Below, one piece after another: positions 25,866-37,650 of a stretch of 64,000 bases of DNA (positions within the stretch are counted from its first letter, which is position 1; the number at the start of each line of letters is the position of its first letter). The stretch comes from Octopus vulgaris (taxonomy: Eukaryota). Made by a program: the position numbers and the translations under genes. The notes below the pieces were generated by a model, which saw nothing but the letters and a program-made list of their open reading frames with translations, searched no databases and was not told the DNA's origin. The DNA is taken from contig OX597815.1 in the NCBI GenBank assembly GCA_951406725.2, forward strand, positions 147,994,001 through 148,058,000. The letters are read 5' to 3'.

Positions 25866-25924
<59 letters not shown>

Positions 25925-26165
25925 ACCCGGTGCCGCAATGTGTCCTCGGCAAGTCGCTTCAGTACAATAAGCTAGGGGAAATTGGTAATGCCTGTATTTG
26001 AAACGGCCAGCATTGTCACAATCTGTATCCCACTGGATCTCCCTGAAAATTATGGCAAAGTTACGTCTGCCAGTGGAGGGTCGACACTATTGCATGCTAA
26101 TTTCACGAGCCGATTGTCTATTGTTCTAGAACACTCGCTGTCGTGATCAACGGAGTGCCACTTAC
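25925..26165 (+). mobile_element. Diverged SINE family C (related copies at 59010-59620, -)
   Basis: Shares TTAATTTCACGAGC and GTCGT..ACGGAGTGC motifs with the reverse complement of 59312-59620. Confidence 0.6.
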
Positions 26166-26471
26166 TGTTAAATACACACACACACACATATATGTACGTA
26201 TGTATATATATATATATCACTTCTTAATTTGAACATAATTTTTTACGTATTATATTATATATCGATCATTCATTTTTATACTTTTTGAGATCGAGTTGTA
26301 TATTTTATGAAAATATATATTATTTGCTATTTATGTATTGGTTTATGTCTATCACTGTTTGAGTTGCATAATAGTGGTTTTGTCTCTAATTTATATTTTA
26401 TATATTTATACATTGAAATTTGATTTAATATTAAATTGAATGTTTCCCTGTAAGTTTGGACCTACACTCCC

Positions 26472-26530
<59 letters not shown>

Positions 26531-27070
26531 ATGTGTGTGTATATATATATATATGTGTGTATATATACACACATATATATCTACGTATATACATATATAT
26601 ACATACGTACATAATGCCTACAGACGCGTGCGCACGCACACATCCACACATGCACACACACACATATATGCAACCACTTTTTACGATCACTCAAAGACCT
26701 ACTTTTCTAGATATATGTATAGATATTTGTTTATTGCCAAGGTGCATAGATATTTTCTTGGATTCACTAACATATCTAAAGTGATCTCACGCTTGAGTTG
26801 CATTCGTAAAAATTACTTCCGTAAATTTATGAAGGATAAGATAAGCACTCATTAGGTTTCCCATCAAACCTTTCACGCATGGAAGCAAATTTTATCATGT
26901 GCAATAAAATGCGTGTCAAGTTAACGCTTTTTTTTTACTTAGACCAAGAGCAGGCGCTTCATTTGTGGCCGCTCTATTTTATAATTTTTTTTTTCTGTAG
27001 TTTCAGCTCAGAGCTGCGTCCATGCTGATGCATCATACATACATACATACATGCATACATACACACACAA

Positions 27071-27103
<33 letters not shown>

Positions 27104-27429
27104 CACATATATATATATGGTGCATCAGCATGGCTGCAGCTCCATATATATATATATATAGATATAGATATAGATAGATGGATACATGAATAGATAGATA
27201 TTTTTTTGCTTGTATTTGACTAAATAATTTTTTGATAATTATGTATAAACACATGAACAAAATAAACAAAAACAAATTACATGAACATGTATAAACAGGA
27301 GATACAGATAATCCAGGCATTCCCCATACACACAGTAACTAAACATATACACAAGTAGGGGTTTACACATGCGCAAATAAAGACACATACAAGAAGAATA
27401 CAAAATACAAAAGGGCTGATCGTTAGTAA

Positions 27430-27655
27430 GGAGAGATACACAAATAAGAAAGAAAAATGCAAAGGACCACTGGACAACTGGCCGAAATAAGATTAAGATT
27501 GATGTAAAAAATAAAGTAGAAGCAAATTAACACTAAATATATAGTGCGTGGGCTTTTATTGGCTAAACTGTCAACATGACCATTCCTAAATACAACAACA
27601 TCCGTTTCAACACACGATTTCAAATCAAGAATCTTGCAAAACAAATATATCAAAG

Positions 27656-27704
<49 letters not shown>

Positions 27705-27890
27705 ACAACGGAGGAAAAACAGAACAAGAAATAAACAACGCATTGGACGTGTTACATGTGAAGAATTAATAAGACGGTCAGAGAAGGAAAGAAAGAGTGG
27801 TTTTGCGCAAATCTCATCTTCCGAAATCGGAGACATAGGAAACGCCAAAACAAAAAGTGAAGGAGGAAAAAATAGCCAACAGGACACATA
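27430..27890 (-). repeat. Dispersed non-coding repeat (related segment 40451-40640), possibly derived from a PLE terminal repeat
   Basis: Shared TGCAAGATTCTT..TGTGTTGAA motif; a decayed hammerhead-like core at ~27800-27825. Confidence 0.4.
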
Positions 27891-27939
27891 TAGTTACATT
27901 TTGAAATGACTGGAAGTAAAAAATATATATATCCTTAAA

Positions 27940-28490
27940 AATGTTTCAGCCCGAAAGCTGGGGCCATGCTGGGGGACTACCGTTGAAAGAGCTACACTAG
28001 TACGTGACACTACCTCTGATACGTGGAACTTGGTCAACAAGGGAGTTCGACATCGCTGCCCGCATCTGTGTTTCCTGCCAAGAGGTAGGCTCATCTGGAA
28101 CCCTTGACAAGAAGAGATCCAGTTTGATTTTCAAGAAACCCACATCCACACCATGCAGGTCTCTTAGGCATTTAGGAAGGATATTGAAGAGGTGTGGTCC
28201 CCTGAAACCCAAGCTGTTGCAGTATCTGGTCCTGTATTTTGATGGTGATGTTGGGATCTTTAGCACCATGCAGTGGCGCCCAGTTCTGATGTTGCGGTAA
28301 CTTTTAATGCCAACATTTGGGACGAGACCCTCCAGGATTTTCCAGATGTATATCCCTGCATATCTCTCCGGACTTCGTTCCAGTGAGAAGTGTTTTAATA
28401 CTTTCAGTTTTCCCAGTAGCTTATATGTTGCATCAAGACGATCTTCTTAGTGTAACTTCGTTGGATTGCTTCGAGGTCTGCTGTTAACTT
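27940..28490 (-). mobile_element. 5'-truncated older CR1-group LINE, 3' end
   Basis: ORF 27997-28269 (RGPHLFNILP..KLDLFLSRVPDEP) is homologous to the C-terminus of the 28632-30893 RT; 3' tail CAGCATGGCC..CTGAAAC. Confidence 0.85.
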
Positions 28491-28499
28491 TATATATAT

Positions 28500-28536
<37 letters not shown>

Positions 28537-28631
28537 AAAACTTAGATAAACTTAGATGTGTTTCGACCAGAGATTGGTCCAGGCCATGTCTAACTTAATA
28601 GCACCACCTGATAGGATTATTCGAATCCTGT

Positions 28632-30893
28632 TTAAGTCAAGTTTTGTTCAAGTAGTGAGTTCTTGTTGGGTGAGTTGTATCCAATTATGGGTGGCTTATC
28701 TGGTATTCTTTGAAGGAATCTATCCAGACTCTGTTTGAAGTTGATGGGATCCTTTTCCTCTTTGATCTCCCTCGGGACAATGTTAAATAGGGCAGGGCCT
28801 GTTGAGGAAAAGAAATTATGTTGCAGTGTACATGTATGTTGTGATCTTGAATTTGGCAGGGGACGTATAGCCCGTGGTCCAAGTCTTGGATGAACCTTGA
28901 AGGTAATGTTTAGGTCATTTGGGCATAGTTGGCGGTATATTTTCCACATCGTACAAATGATGTACCGCTCACGGCGACGCTGGAGGGAGTAAAGTTTCAA
29001 GGCTTTAAGGCGATCCCAATAATCGAGAGCAGCCATGCCTTCAATTTGTTTAGTGAGAGCCCTCTGGGGTGACTCAATTCTGGAGATGTTTTGTCTTGTG
29101 TGAGGAGACCACAGTGGGCAGCAGTATTCAAGGTGTGGCCGTACAAAGGAGGAAAAAAGTGGTATGATGACACCTTGTTCTCTGGACCGGAAAGTTCTTA
29201 AGATCCAGGAGCTCATCCTACGAGCTATATCGACCTTCTTGTTGATGTGTGCACTCCAACTGAGATCGTCATCAACAATTACACCCAGGTCTCTGATATT
29301 GTTAGAGGCTGTGAGCGGTTCCCCTGAAGGAAGAGAGTATGGTTGTTTTAGTGAGGAATTTCTTCCAAAATGCATCAGCTCAAATTTTCCCTCATTCAGT
29401 TGCATTTTGTTTCTGTCTGCCCATTGACTCACAGCATATAGATCAGACTGGAGTTGAGTTCGGTCTGCTTCTTCATTGACGATTTGCTGGAGCTTAGTGT
29501 CATCAGCGAATATTTTCACTTTGCAGTGATGTACGACACTGGAAAGGTCGTTTACGTAAATTAAGAAGAGTAGCGGACACAAAACAGTTCCCTGGGGAAC
29601 ACCGCTGGTGACTTTTGCTGGGTTTGAGTGAACTCCATCAACTACAACATGTTGTGTTCTATTCGCCAGGAAATACTGAATCCAGCGTAGAACTTTTCCA
29701 CGGATTCCAACATTTGCCAATTTTGAGAGTAGGATGTTATGGTCTACCCTGTCGAACGCTTTACTGAAGTCAAGATATATGACGTCAGAGTTCGAACCTG
29801 TTCCCAAGGCTTTGAGTACATCTTCAATGTGGTGTAAGAGCTGTGTTAGACAGTCCCTGCCACAGCGAAAGCCATGCTGATTTGAATTTAGGAGTTTGTG
29901 GGTCTCCAGGAAGTCAGCTAGCCTTGATCTTAACACTCTTTCAAACACTTTAATGATGTGGGAGGTGAGTGAGATTGGGCGATAGTTGACTGCGAGGGAT
30001 CTGTTTCCCTGTTTGAAAACCGGGATGACCGACTGGGATAGAAACTGTTTCGGTATATAACATGCGTCTAACGAGTTTCTCCAGAGGTTGGTCAAAGGGA
30101 CTGCAAGTTGATATCTACATTCCTTCAGGAGACTAGCGGGAAATCTATCAGGGCCTACAGCAGAGTAATGTTTGACCTCATTTATTGCTGCTACGATGTC
30201 GGTGGCAGTGAAGGTTATGTCTGCGATTTTGTGTTGGGAGTCAACTTCGTTCGTTTCCCTCACATCAATATCAGTGGGAGCACTGAAGATAGAGCAGTAT
30301 TGTTTCTGTAGTATTTCTGCCATTTCTTTAGCATCGTGTTGGGGAATGCCGTTATCATCAATCAATGGCCCAATGGGTGAGACAGTGGTTCTATGCTTAT
30401 TTGCATAAGAATAGAACACTTTTGGGTTCTGTTTTATGTTTTTGATTACCCATTGTTCCTCCACAGCTCTTTGATTTTCAATGGAGGTTTTCATGTTAGT
30501 CTGCAGATGAAGTTTTTCCAGCTCTAGTCTTTTCATTGTTGTTGAATGTGAATGTTGTGTGTGGGAATATTTTAATTGGTTGATTTTTTTGTTGAGTCTT
30601 TTGATGCGCCTGATGAGTGTTTTTTTCTTTTTAGGGAGCCGGTTTCTGTTTGTGTTAGTAGATTTCTTGGGAGCGTGTTTAGAGCATGTATAGGTGACAA
30701 TGGTTTCAAAGTGCTGCCACGCGGTCTCAATATGAGGGGAATTGAGAGTAAAAGACCAGTCGATGGAAGACAGATTCTTTCTGATTGTTCCCCAGTCCGC
30801 TTTGTGGAAGTTTATGTTGTCAAATGGGTGCCATGGAGTGGGATTGGCTGGTTTGGTTTTTATATGTCGGGAATTAGGATTGCAGAATACCAT
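28632..30893 (-). CDS. LINE ORF2 reverse transcriptase portion (frameshifted from APE near 30890)
   Basis: NYRPISLTS, QHGFR, YLDFSKAFDRV, GVPQGTVL, IFADD, RDLGV, RPHLEYCCPLWSP. Confidence 0.95.
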   Translation of the reverse strand: MVFCNPNSRHIKTKPANPTPWHPFDNINFHKADWGTIRKNLSSIDWSFTLNSPHIETAWQHFETIVTYTCSKHAPKKSTNTNRNRLPKKKKTLIRRIKRLNKKINQLKYSHTQHSHSTTMKRLELEKLHLQTNMKTSIENQRAVEEQWVIKNIKQNPKVFYSYANKHRTTVSPIGPLIDDNGIPQHDAKEMAEILQKQYCSIFSAPTDIDVRETNEVDSQHKIADITFTATDIVAAINEVKHYSAVGPDRFPASLLKECRYQLAVPLTNLWRNSLDACYIPKQFLSQSVIPVFKQGNRSLAVNYRPISLTSHIIKVFERVLRSRLADFLETHKLLNSNQHGFRCGRDCLTQLLHHIEDVLKALGTGSNSDVIYLDFSKAFDRVDHNILLSKLANVGIRGKVLRWIQYFLANRTQHVVVDGVHSNPAKVTSGVPQGTVLCPLLFLIYVNDLSSVVHHCKVKIFADDTKLQQIVNEEADRTQLQSDLYAVSQWADRNKMQLNEGKFELMHFGRNSSLKQPYSLPSGEPLTASNNIRDLGVIVDDDLSWSAHINKKVDIARRMSSWILRTFRSREQGVIIPLFSSFVRPHLEYCCPLWSPHTRQNISRIESPQRALTKQIEGMAALDYWDRLKALKLYSLQRRRERYIICTMWKIYRQLCPNDLNITFKVHPRLGPRAIRPLPNSRSQHTCTLQHNFFSSTGPALFNIVPREIKEEKDPINFKQSLDRFLQRIPDKPPIIGYNSPNKNSLLEQNLT

Positions 30894-31611
30894 GTAGTGG
30901 TCTGAGATAGAGTTTTTCGACTGAAATGCTGTGAACGTAGCTAGAGTGATTGGTCAATACCAGATCCAAGATCGTTTTATTCTGTCTCGTTGGTTCAAGC
31001 ACTAGCTGAGTCAGGAAATACTCATCCATCAGATTAAAGAGAAGTTCTGCTGCTGCCCTATCTGATGTAGAGCACTTGCCTAACTTCGGAGTATTTGTGG
31101 GCCAGTTCACATGAGGGAGGTTAAAATCACCCATCACTAGTATATTTCCGGAGTGGTACTTCCGAAGGAAGGACTTGACTTTGCTAAGGCACTCTTCAAA
31201 GTACTTTAGAGGTTCCTGGGGAGGCCTGTAAAGACCAACAATGGTTATGTCCTTGGCGTTGTTGTATAGTGATACCGATTCACAGTAGCCATTGCAAAAT
31301 GTGTCCTTGGCATCAAGTGAAAAGGAGTCATGGATAAAGATGGCTGTCCCTCCCTTATTTCGGTCTGTGCGATCCGCACGAACAATGGTGAACTCTTTTA
31401 TTTTCACCTCTGCGTCCATATGGGTGTTGTTCAGGTGAGTCTCGGTAAGGATAAAGAAAGGGAAGCAATGTTCCATTTCGGCAAGTCAACTCTCTACATA
31501 TGGGGTCTTCCATTTTTGGGCAATAATTGATGGGTTGATGCCACGTACATTTAACAGGAATGTCGAGGTAAGGGAAGTTGGTAATGGGTGAGTGGTCCTT
31601 GTGATTTGCAT
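30874..31611 (-). pseudogene. LINE ORF2 AP-endonuclease domain; likely start ATG 31611 overlapping ORF1; in-frame TGA at 31486-31488
   Basis: FLLNVRGI lies in frame upstream of the stop, followed by LTETHL, RADR..GG, YRPP, GDFNLP and PTR..LDLVL. Confidence 0.9.
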
Positions 31612-32812
31612 AGATGGTTGGTGATGGCCGGCTGGATCTCCTGGCTTAGGTCGGCCTTCATATTTTCCAGGTATGTCAGTAAAAAAGAGTTACTTGTTTG
31701 GTTTGCCACTTGGTCAGAGGATACATATTTCAAGTTGGCGTTATTTGGTGTTTTTTCATGGCTCTGTCTACGTTGTTTGATTGTAGGAGGGGAAACGTGG
31801 TTGTATTTTGTTCTTGTTGTTGTCCTAGATTTCCTCTGTTCCTGTTTATATTTATTCTGTGATCGTTTTGTGCCCTTCAGATGGTGGTGGTTGCATTCTG
31901 GGTTCAGGCACATCCTTTGTGAGACAGAAGTTTGGCACAGTTTAGGATGGAATAAAGTGCATCCATTGCGTCTTATGCATCCGTATTTAGGATCAGAACC
32001 ATATATTCTGTATTTAGGACAGTATTTGGGGTGGAGGTGGGGGCAATTTTTTCCTGTTATACCGTATGGACAGGTGCCCATAGCAAGTCTACGACATAAG
32101 GTCGGATGGGGAAAAGCACAGCGTCCATTTTTGTTTGTGCCGCTGGGGCCAAATCTACAATTGCCTTTAGAATAGTAACGGCAGGGGTTTTTATTTGGTT
32201 GTAGTAGTGGTTTTTCTATTTTGGCAGTAGTGGCAGTGGTGTTAGGAGCAGCTTGTTGATGTTGTGATGGTGGGTTCTGGCTTGCCAGAATGTGGTCAAA
32301 TCTGCAGCTGCCTTGAGAGTAGTAGTGGCAGATAGTATTACGCGGATGTAGTAGTGATTTTCCTTTTGTGGCAGCAGTGGGGAGTTGTAGCAGCATTGGA
32401 ACTTGACTAGTGGTAGTATTAGTGTGTTGTTGTCGTTGTTGTTGCTTTTGTTGCTGTAGCGAAGGTGAAACTTGACTTGGTTCATCAGGTGCTGTTGTCA
32501 ATGGAAGTAGGTCAGTTGATTGTTGCTGTTGAAGTGACCCCTGACCTGTTGGAATTTGGTCATTTGTTGTACTGGATTCGTTGGCAAGAATGGCTTTTAG
32601 TGTAGCCATGTGCGCGTGAAAAATAGGGAATATCCTAACAATTTCTTTTAATTTATTTTCTATCTGTTTTACAGATCTGTGAAAGGATTTTTTCGTTAAA
32701 TCCTCAGTTATTTTACTGTAAACATTAGCTTCGTTGTGATGGATGAACCAAGCGTTAATCATTGCAGTAATTTCATTTTCAACCCAGCGGCGTTTTTGAA
32801 AATTATTGGCCA
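31551..32812 (-). CDS. LINE ORF1: Myb/SANT-like N-terminus, Q/T-rich linker, tandem CCCH zinc fingers (likely start MANNF; open frame extends to 32966)
   Basis: RRWVENEITAMINAW..YSKITEDL..HRSVKQIENKLK; CRYYSKGNCRF..CAFPHP; CRRLAMGTCPY..CPHLHP; CPKY..C..CTLFHP; CQTS..C..C..H. Confidence 0.85.
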
Positions 32813-32906
32813 TATTCAGTGGGGTAGTGTTGTGTAATATATATATATGTATGTATGTGTATGCGTGTATATGTATATGTACACCAGTTATTGATGGCTT
32901 GATGTA

Positions 32907-32995
32907 AAATAGTGAATACACTGTTGAAAAGTTTGTGTCGATATACTCGGTAAATAGTGAATACACCGTTGGAAAGTTTGTGTCGATATACTCGG
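32907..32995. repeat. 45-bp tandem duplication in the LINE 5'UTR
   Basis: AAATAGTGAATACAC..GATATACTCGG at 32907 and 32952. Confidence 0.9.
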
Positions 32996-34466
32996 AAATT
33001 CGTGGCTTGTGTGTGTGAGAGTTCAGTGTAATTAGTACAAGCTAATTAGTACAATCGGGATGAGCGGTGTGTTTGATACAGATCAAGAAAAAAGAATTGT
33101 ACTCACGGGACTAGTTTTAGAACTAGTCTTGGGTTTAGTATTTAGTTTTGGGTTGTTCCTCTTTCTTCAGGTTGTATATAGATTTGTATAAATTTATCCT
33201 CCGATGGTAGTAAAAGAGTAGTATAGTAGGATTGTAGAGTTCAAAAGTATTGAGATTAAAAACAAGGAGAGATTATGTTAGCTTGAGTTGAGTTGAGTTA
33301 AATTGAGTTGAAAAATGCTTCTTTGGTTAGTTACTGACGGGAGCTATAAAAAGTACGTCTTGTCACGACGACTGCCTGAATATGCATGTATGTGTATGAT
33401 GCTGAGCGTGCATAAGTGTATTTGACTTTTGAATATATGTAATACATAAACAGCTTTGTCATATAAAATTATCGTTGATCTCTTCCGTCGTAAAGCACGA
33501 GTTTTACCCTTTCCTTGAAAGACAAAATTTAATCGTTAATTACTCTGTGGAATAGAACTATTTACACTACTCATAAAATAACAATTCTTTGTTTTATCTT
33601 TTCCCTTACAATTTAATAAATACTTCTCAAGTACTCGGAAGGAAATCTTATGACTCTCTTTGTAAAAAAAACAAAAAACATCGAGAATAGTTACGTCAGC
33701 GCATGTGTAACTGTATCGCGTATAGGTATTCACTCGGTTTTCATTCATTTAATTCGTATAGCAATCACGCTGGCAAAAAAAATCATGCATTGGTAAATAT
33801 CTTCAACTATTCCTTCCCATGTTTCTCGCGGAAGCTCGCCTCCCAATAAAAGGCAATTAAGTGCTGCGTGATTTTATACAGCTAATCATTATTCTTTGAT
33901 ATTATATAAATTGTTGTTGACTTATATTTTAAAAATCAAACTTTTCTTTGAAAATTTCTTATAATACATTTTTCCTATTTTACCAGTCAAAAATTTTCAA
34001 TTTTCCTACTAACTACTTACGTATTAAATGTAGATTTGTTGGAATTATATTTAGGTATGATGCTATGAATATTTTGCTTATCACGGGAATGTGTGTTTAT
34101 GCTTTATTGTGTCTTGGGAGGAACATTACGTCAATATATACTTCATTTATTTATCTGTGCGAAAACCAAATTACGAAATTTGGAATTGAAAAAAAACGGA
34201 TTGAAATTGTATATTGTCATTATGTAATTATATTGTTTTCTCAATTTTTTATACACATAGATATAGATAGGTACATACACACGCATACAATACAATATAT
34301 ATATATAATAGAAATATTAAAATTACTAAGTCTCTCTAAAGGAGAATACGGCAGCGTTACTGGAAATTAATAGTTATCGCCATACTTATATGGCAGTCTT
34401 ATAAATATATTTATAAGACTGCCATATAAGTATGTCGATAACTATTAATATATATATATATACATA

Positions 34467-34508
<42 letters not shown>

Positions 34509-35819
34509 CATATATATATACATACAATGCACAACAAAACTTTCAAATATGTATGTGTATCTGAATGTGTGTGTGTTTCTGTGTTTCAAATATGTATGTG
34601 TATCTGCATGTGTGTGTGTTTCTGTGTGTGCGTGTGTATGTTTGTGTGTGTGTGTGCGTGTATATCTGTCTATATGTACGTACATATTTTGCTTGATATA
34701 CACAACGTAAATTCTATATGAAAATGAAATACTTTTGTTCAAAATTCATGTGAAATTTTTTATTTACAAATTCCATTAAAATGACACTCATGTCTCTGAA
34801 ATATTTTTTTCTCGTATTCTAAAGCAAATTCATATTTTAAAAATGAATTGTTTTCAGCTGCAACATTCACTAATTATCCTGTCGTGTCGGTCCCAAATGC
34901 TGCTTTTAAAAGAAATATTCAAATATATTAAAATGACAATATATAGTATGCCAAAAATGTATTTTTATATTTCACTTCAGCTAGCTGTCAACCCATGGCT
35001 GCCTTATTTATCATAAAGAAGCGTCATGCGATTGATCTGTCCCTTTCAATGAACTGAAATATTTAAGCGGTATATTAAACGTAATTACGTTATATAATAA
35101 CCTCAATGAAGTAGGTTTTGAAAAAGCCTTGAAAATGTTTGAAAGCTGAATTCGTTGCATATTTCAAATTATGCTATGATTAAGAAACGTCAAATAATTA
35201 AATGCATGCTATCTTGTCATATGAAATAGGAGGGGATTATTGATTTTAGTCTGAATATTTCAGTGAGAAGAAATGCTTCGGGAATGAATTTGAAAGAAAA
35301 AGTGTTTCTTTGTACATTAGAATTTAAATTCCAGATGTCTATCAGAAATTATGCAAGAATATTTTAACCAAATTTTTCTTAAGTGCTATTATATGTTAGA
35401 AATAAAACTAGTATAATTTCTTAGAATTAACCTAGCGGTATTATTCAACTTTTCCTTTCTTTTCTTTTGAAATAAATGGAAGTCTATAAACTAAAATTTA
35501 AGCAAGTATTTATATTTTCTAGAAGCTTTCGTGAATACGTTGAACTTAATTTTCTAATACGATATAATGAATAGTTTTTTTTCCCCACAAAATCTGAAAA
35601 TGCATGTGTTTGGAAAAGGGACCTTTTTAACTGGATGTATCTTTTCAGATTTGTGAATGATGTACAATAACGAGAAATATCCTAAACATAAATTACATTT
35701 TAAATAATTGTGCAGAAATGCAGCAATATTTAAGTATAGAATCAAAGAAAAAATCTTTTTAAAAACGTAAGACATTTGAATAAGTTAGTTTAAAGCAAAA
35801 TATTAAAAGAAAGAAATTT

Positions 35820-36005
35820 CAAGGAAGAATGGCTTTCAAATCACATGGTTCTCTGTTCAGTCCCACTGCGTGGCACCTTGAACGAGTGTCTTCTATTATA
35901 GCCCCGGACATTCCATAGCCTAATGAGTGGATTTGGTAGATGGAAACTGAAAGAAGCCTGTCGTATATATTTATACATATATATATATACATATATATAT
36001 ATATA

Positions 36006-36055
<50 letters not shown>

Positions 36056-36282
36056 TATGTGTATCTGTGTTTGTTTTTGTGTATGTGTTTGTCACGCCTC
36101 TACCGGATGACAACCTGTGCTGGTGTGTTAACGTCCCTGTAACTCAGCGGTTCAGAAAAGAGACTTTAAAAATAAGTACTAGGCTTAGCAAGAATAAGAC
36201 CTAGGGTGGATTTCTTCGACTTAAATATTTTAAGGCCTTGCTCAAGCATAATCAAAATCAAATAACTAAAGCAAGTAAAAGA
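35820..36282 (+). mobile_element. SINE family A
   Basis: Matches 62277-62686. Confidence 0.8.
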
Positions 36283-36759
36283 GCTACTATATGCTATGTC
36301 TACATTTCCATACATATCTCTCTCAGAACCAGCCTTAATACATAGATTTACTTCTCAGTATATTAAATGATATAAGGTTGTGAGCTTCCAGAATTGTTAG
36401 GACATTGAAGAAGACGCTGAACACAATTTCGTTCGTCTTCACGTCCTGGGATCAAATGCCGCCAAGCTCGACTTTACCTTTTATGGTTTCAGGATAGATA
36501 AAGTAAGTAGCAATTGAATGCTGCGTTTAATGTAATCGACTTATGTCTTACCTAAAATTGTGATGGAATTTCAAGGACAAGCTTAGAAAGATGTATTCCG
36601 CCACATTACTATTTCTGAGTACATTAGGAATGCTGCCTTCTAAGACGGAGGAAATATAAGACAGATGAAATGGTGCTACGCATTTTACCCGGCGTGCTAA
36701 CGATTTGGCAAGCTGGCTGCCTAAACTACAACAAAAACTACAATAATATGAGTGATAAT

Positions 36760-37420
36760 AATTAGACTTAGAGGGAACAAGCACAGAAAAAGCTAAGCGT
36801 ATGAAAACCCGTGCTAAAACTGTGGCCTTAGATATTCTTACTGATAAGTGGCAAGAAAAAAATAATGCCGATGTTGACAAAGCCCATACTCATCAATGAT
36901 TAGTGTCTTCTGGCTTAAAATCAGAAACAGAAGGGTTTATCATAGCAGCCCAAGTTCAATGTCTACCTACTATGAACTACCAACCAATATATTAAAGAAC
37001 AACAGCAGCCCAACATCTCATGTATGTAAACATCAAAATGAAATCTTTGTTCATGCTGGTTAAATGTGCAGTCATCTTGCACCCACAAAGTATATCAACA
37101 GGCATAATAGAGCAGCACAATATATTCATTGGGTAATTTGCAAAAGCTTGGACCTGCCCCATGATAAAAACTAGTTGAAAATGACCACATCTCACGCCTC
37201 CGGAATTTCACCGTTCAAACTAACACACAGATAGATGCGAATTGGTCAGACATTATATTGAAAGACTCCAGACAAAAATCATACCTCCTCATTTTTATGG
37301 GTGTCCAAGTCGACTGAAACATATCTATCAAGACCTATCAAAAACTGAGCAAGTATAAAGATCTTGAAATAGAAATTGGTAAAATGTGGAATTTCAAGAC
37401 TAAACGTGCCTGAACTTCTT
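36760..37420 (+). pseudogene. Degenerate R4/Dong C-terminal (CCHC/REL) fragment
   Basis: SSGLKSETEGFIIAAQ and KLSKYKDLEIEI..MW read on the + strand. Confidence 0.8.
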
Positions 37421-37449
37421 AATTCCAATAATAGCGGTTCTGTGGCATT

Positions 37450-37650
37450 TTTACATACCATGCGATGTTGTTTTCTTCAGCTCTAATGCTGTGTTCGCAT
37501 CCAATGAGTCTTTTGACCCCTCTTTTTCTTGATATATACCGTCTCTCTGTGTCACCTTTAGGATGAGGTATCCATATCTAGTCAGCAACCTTCTTGTATT
37601 TGTATCTAAGCTGTTTAGTTCGCTTACTGTCCATGCGATTATCCCTGTTA
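37450..37650 (-). pseudogene. R4/Dong thumb-region fragment
   Basis: WTVSELNSLDTNTRRLLT is homologous to WTRNELTKIDRKTRKIMT in the 8055-9923 ORF. Confidence 0.65.

Larger units (their letters stand above)
24574..25868. repeat. Second retrozyme-like family, 600-bp period, inverted arms (- arm 24574-25086, + arm 25087-25868)
   Basis: AAAAATGTATGATAGATTGCAG recurs at 25087 and 25687; the left arm is the reverse complement of the right arm. Confidence 0.92.
28536..33380 (-). mobile_element. Near-full-length CR1-group LINE (5'UTR, ORF1, APE-RT ORF2, 3' tail (ATCTAAGTTT)2)
   Basis: Two-ORF architecture, short tandem-repeat 3' tail abutting (TA)n. 5' boundary approximate. Confidence 0.9.

Noticed and set aside
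27800-27826. Hammerhead-like CGGAAGA..AAAAC on the - strand
   Set aside because: Both core motifs are mutated and the stems are poor; at best a dead relic.
31588-32175. 195-aa + strand ORF and other ORFs antisense to the LINEs
   Set aside because: Shadow frames of LINE coding sequence.
36760-37650. Twin-priming inversion of a single Dong element
   Set aside because: The inverted upstream piece lies 3' of the C-terminal piece, the wrong order for twin priming; probably separate fragments.
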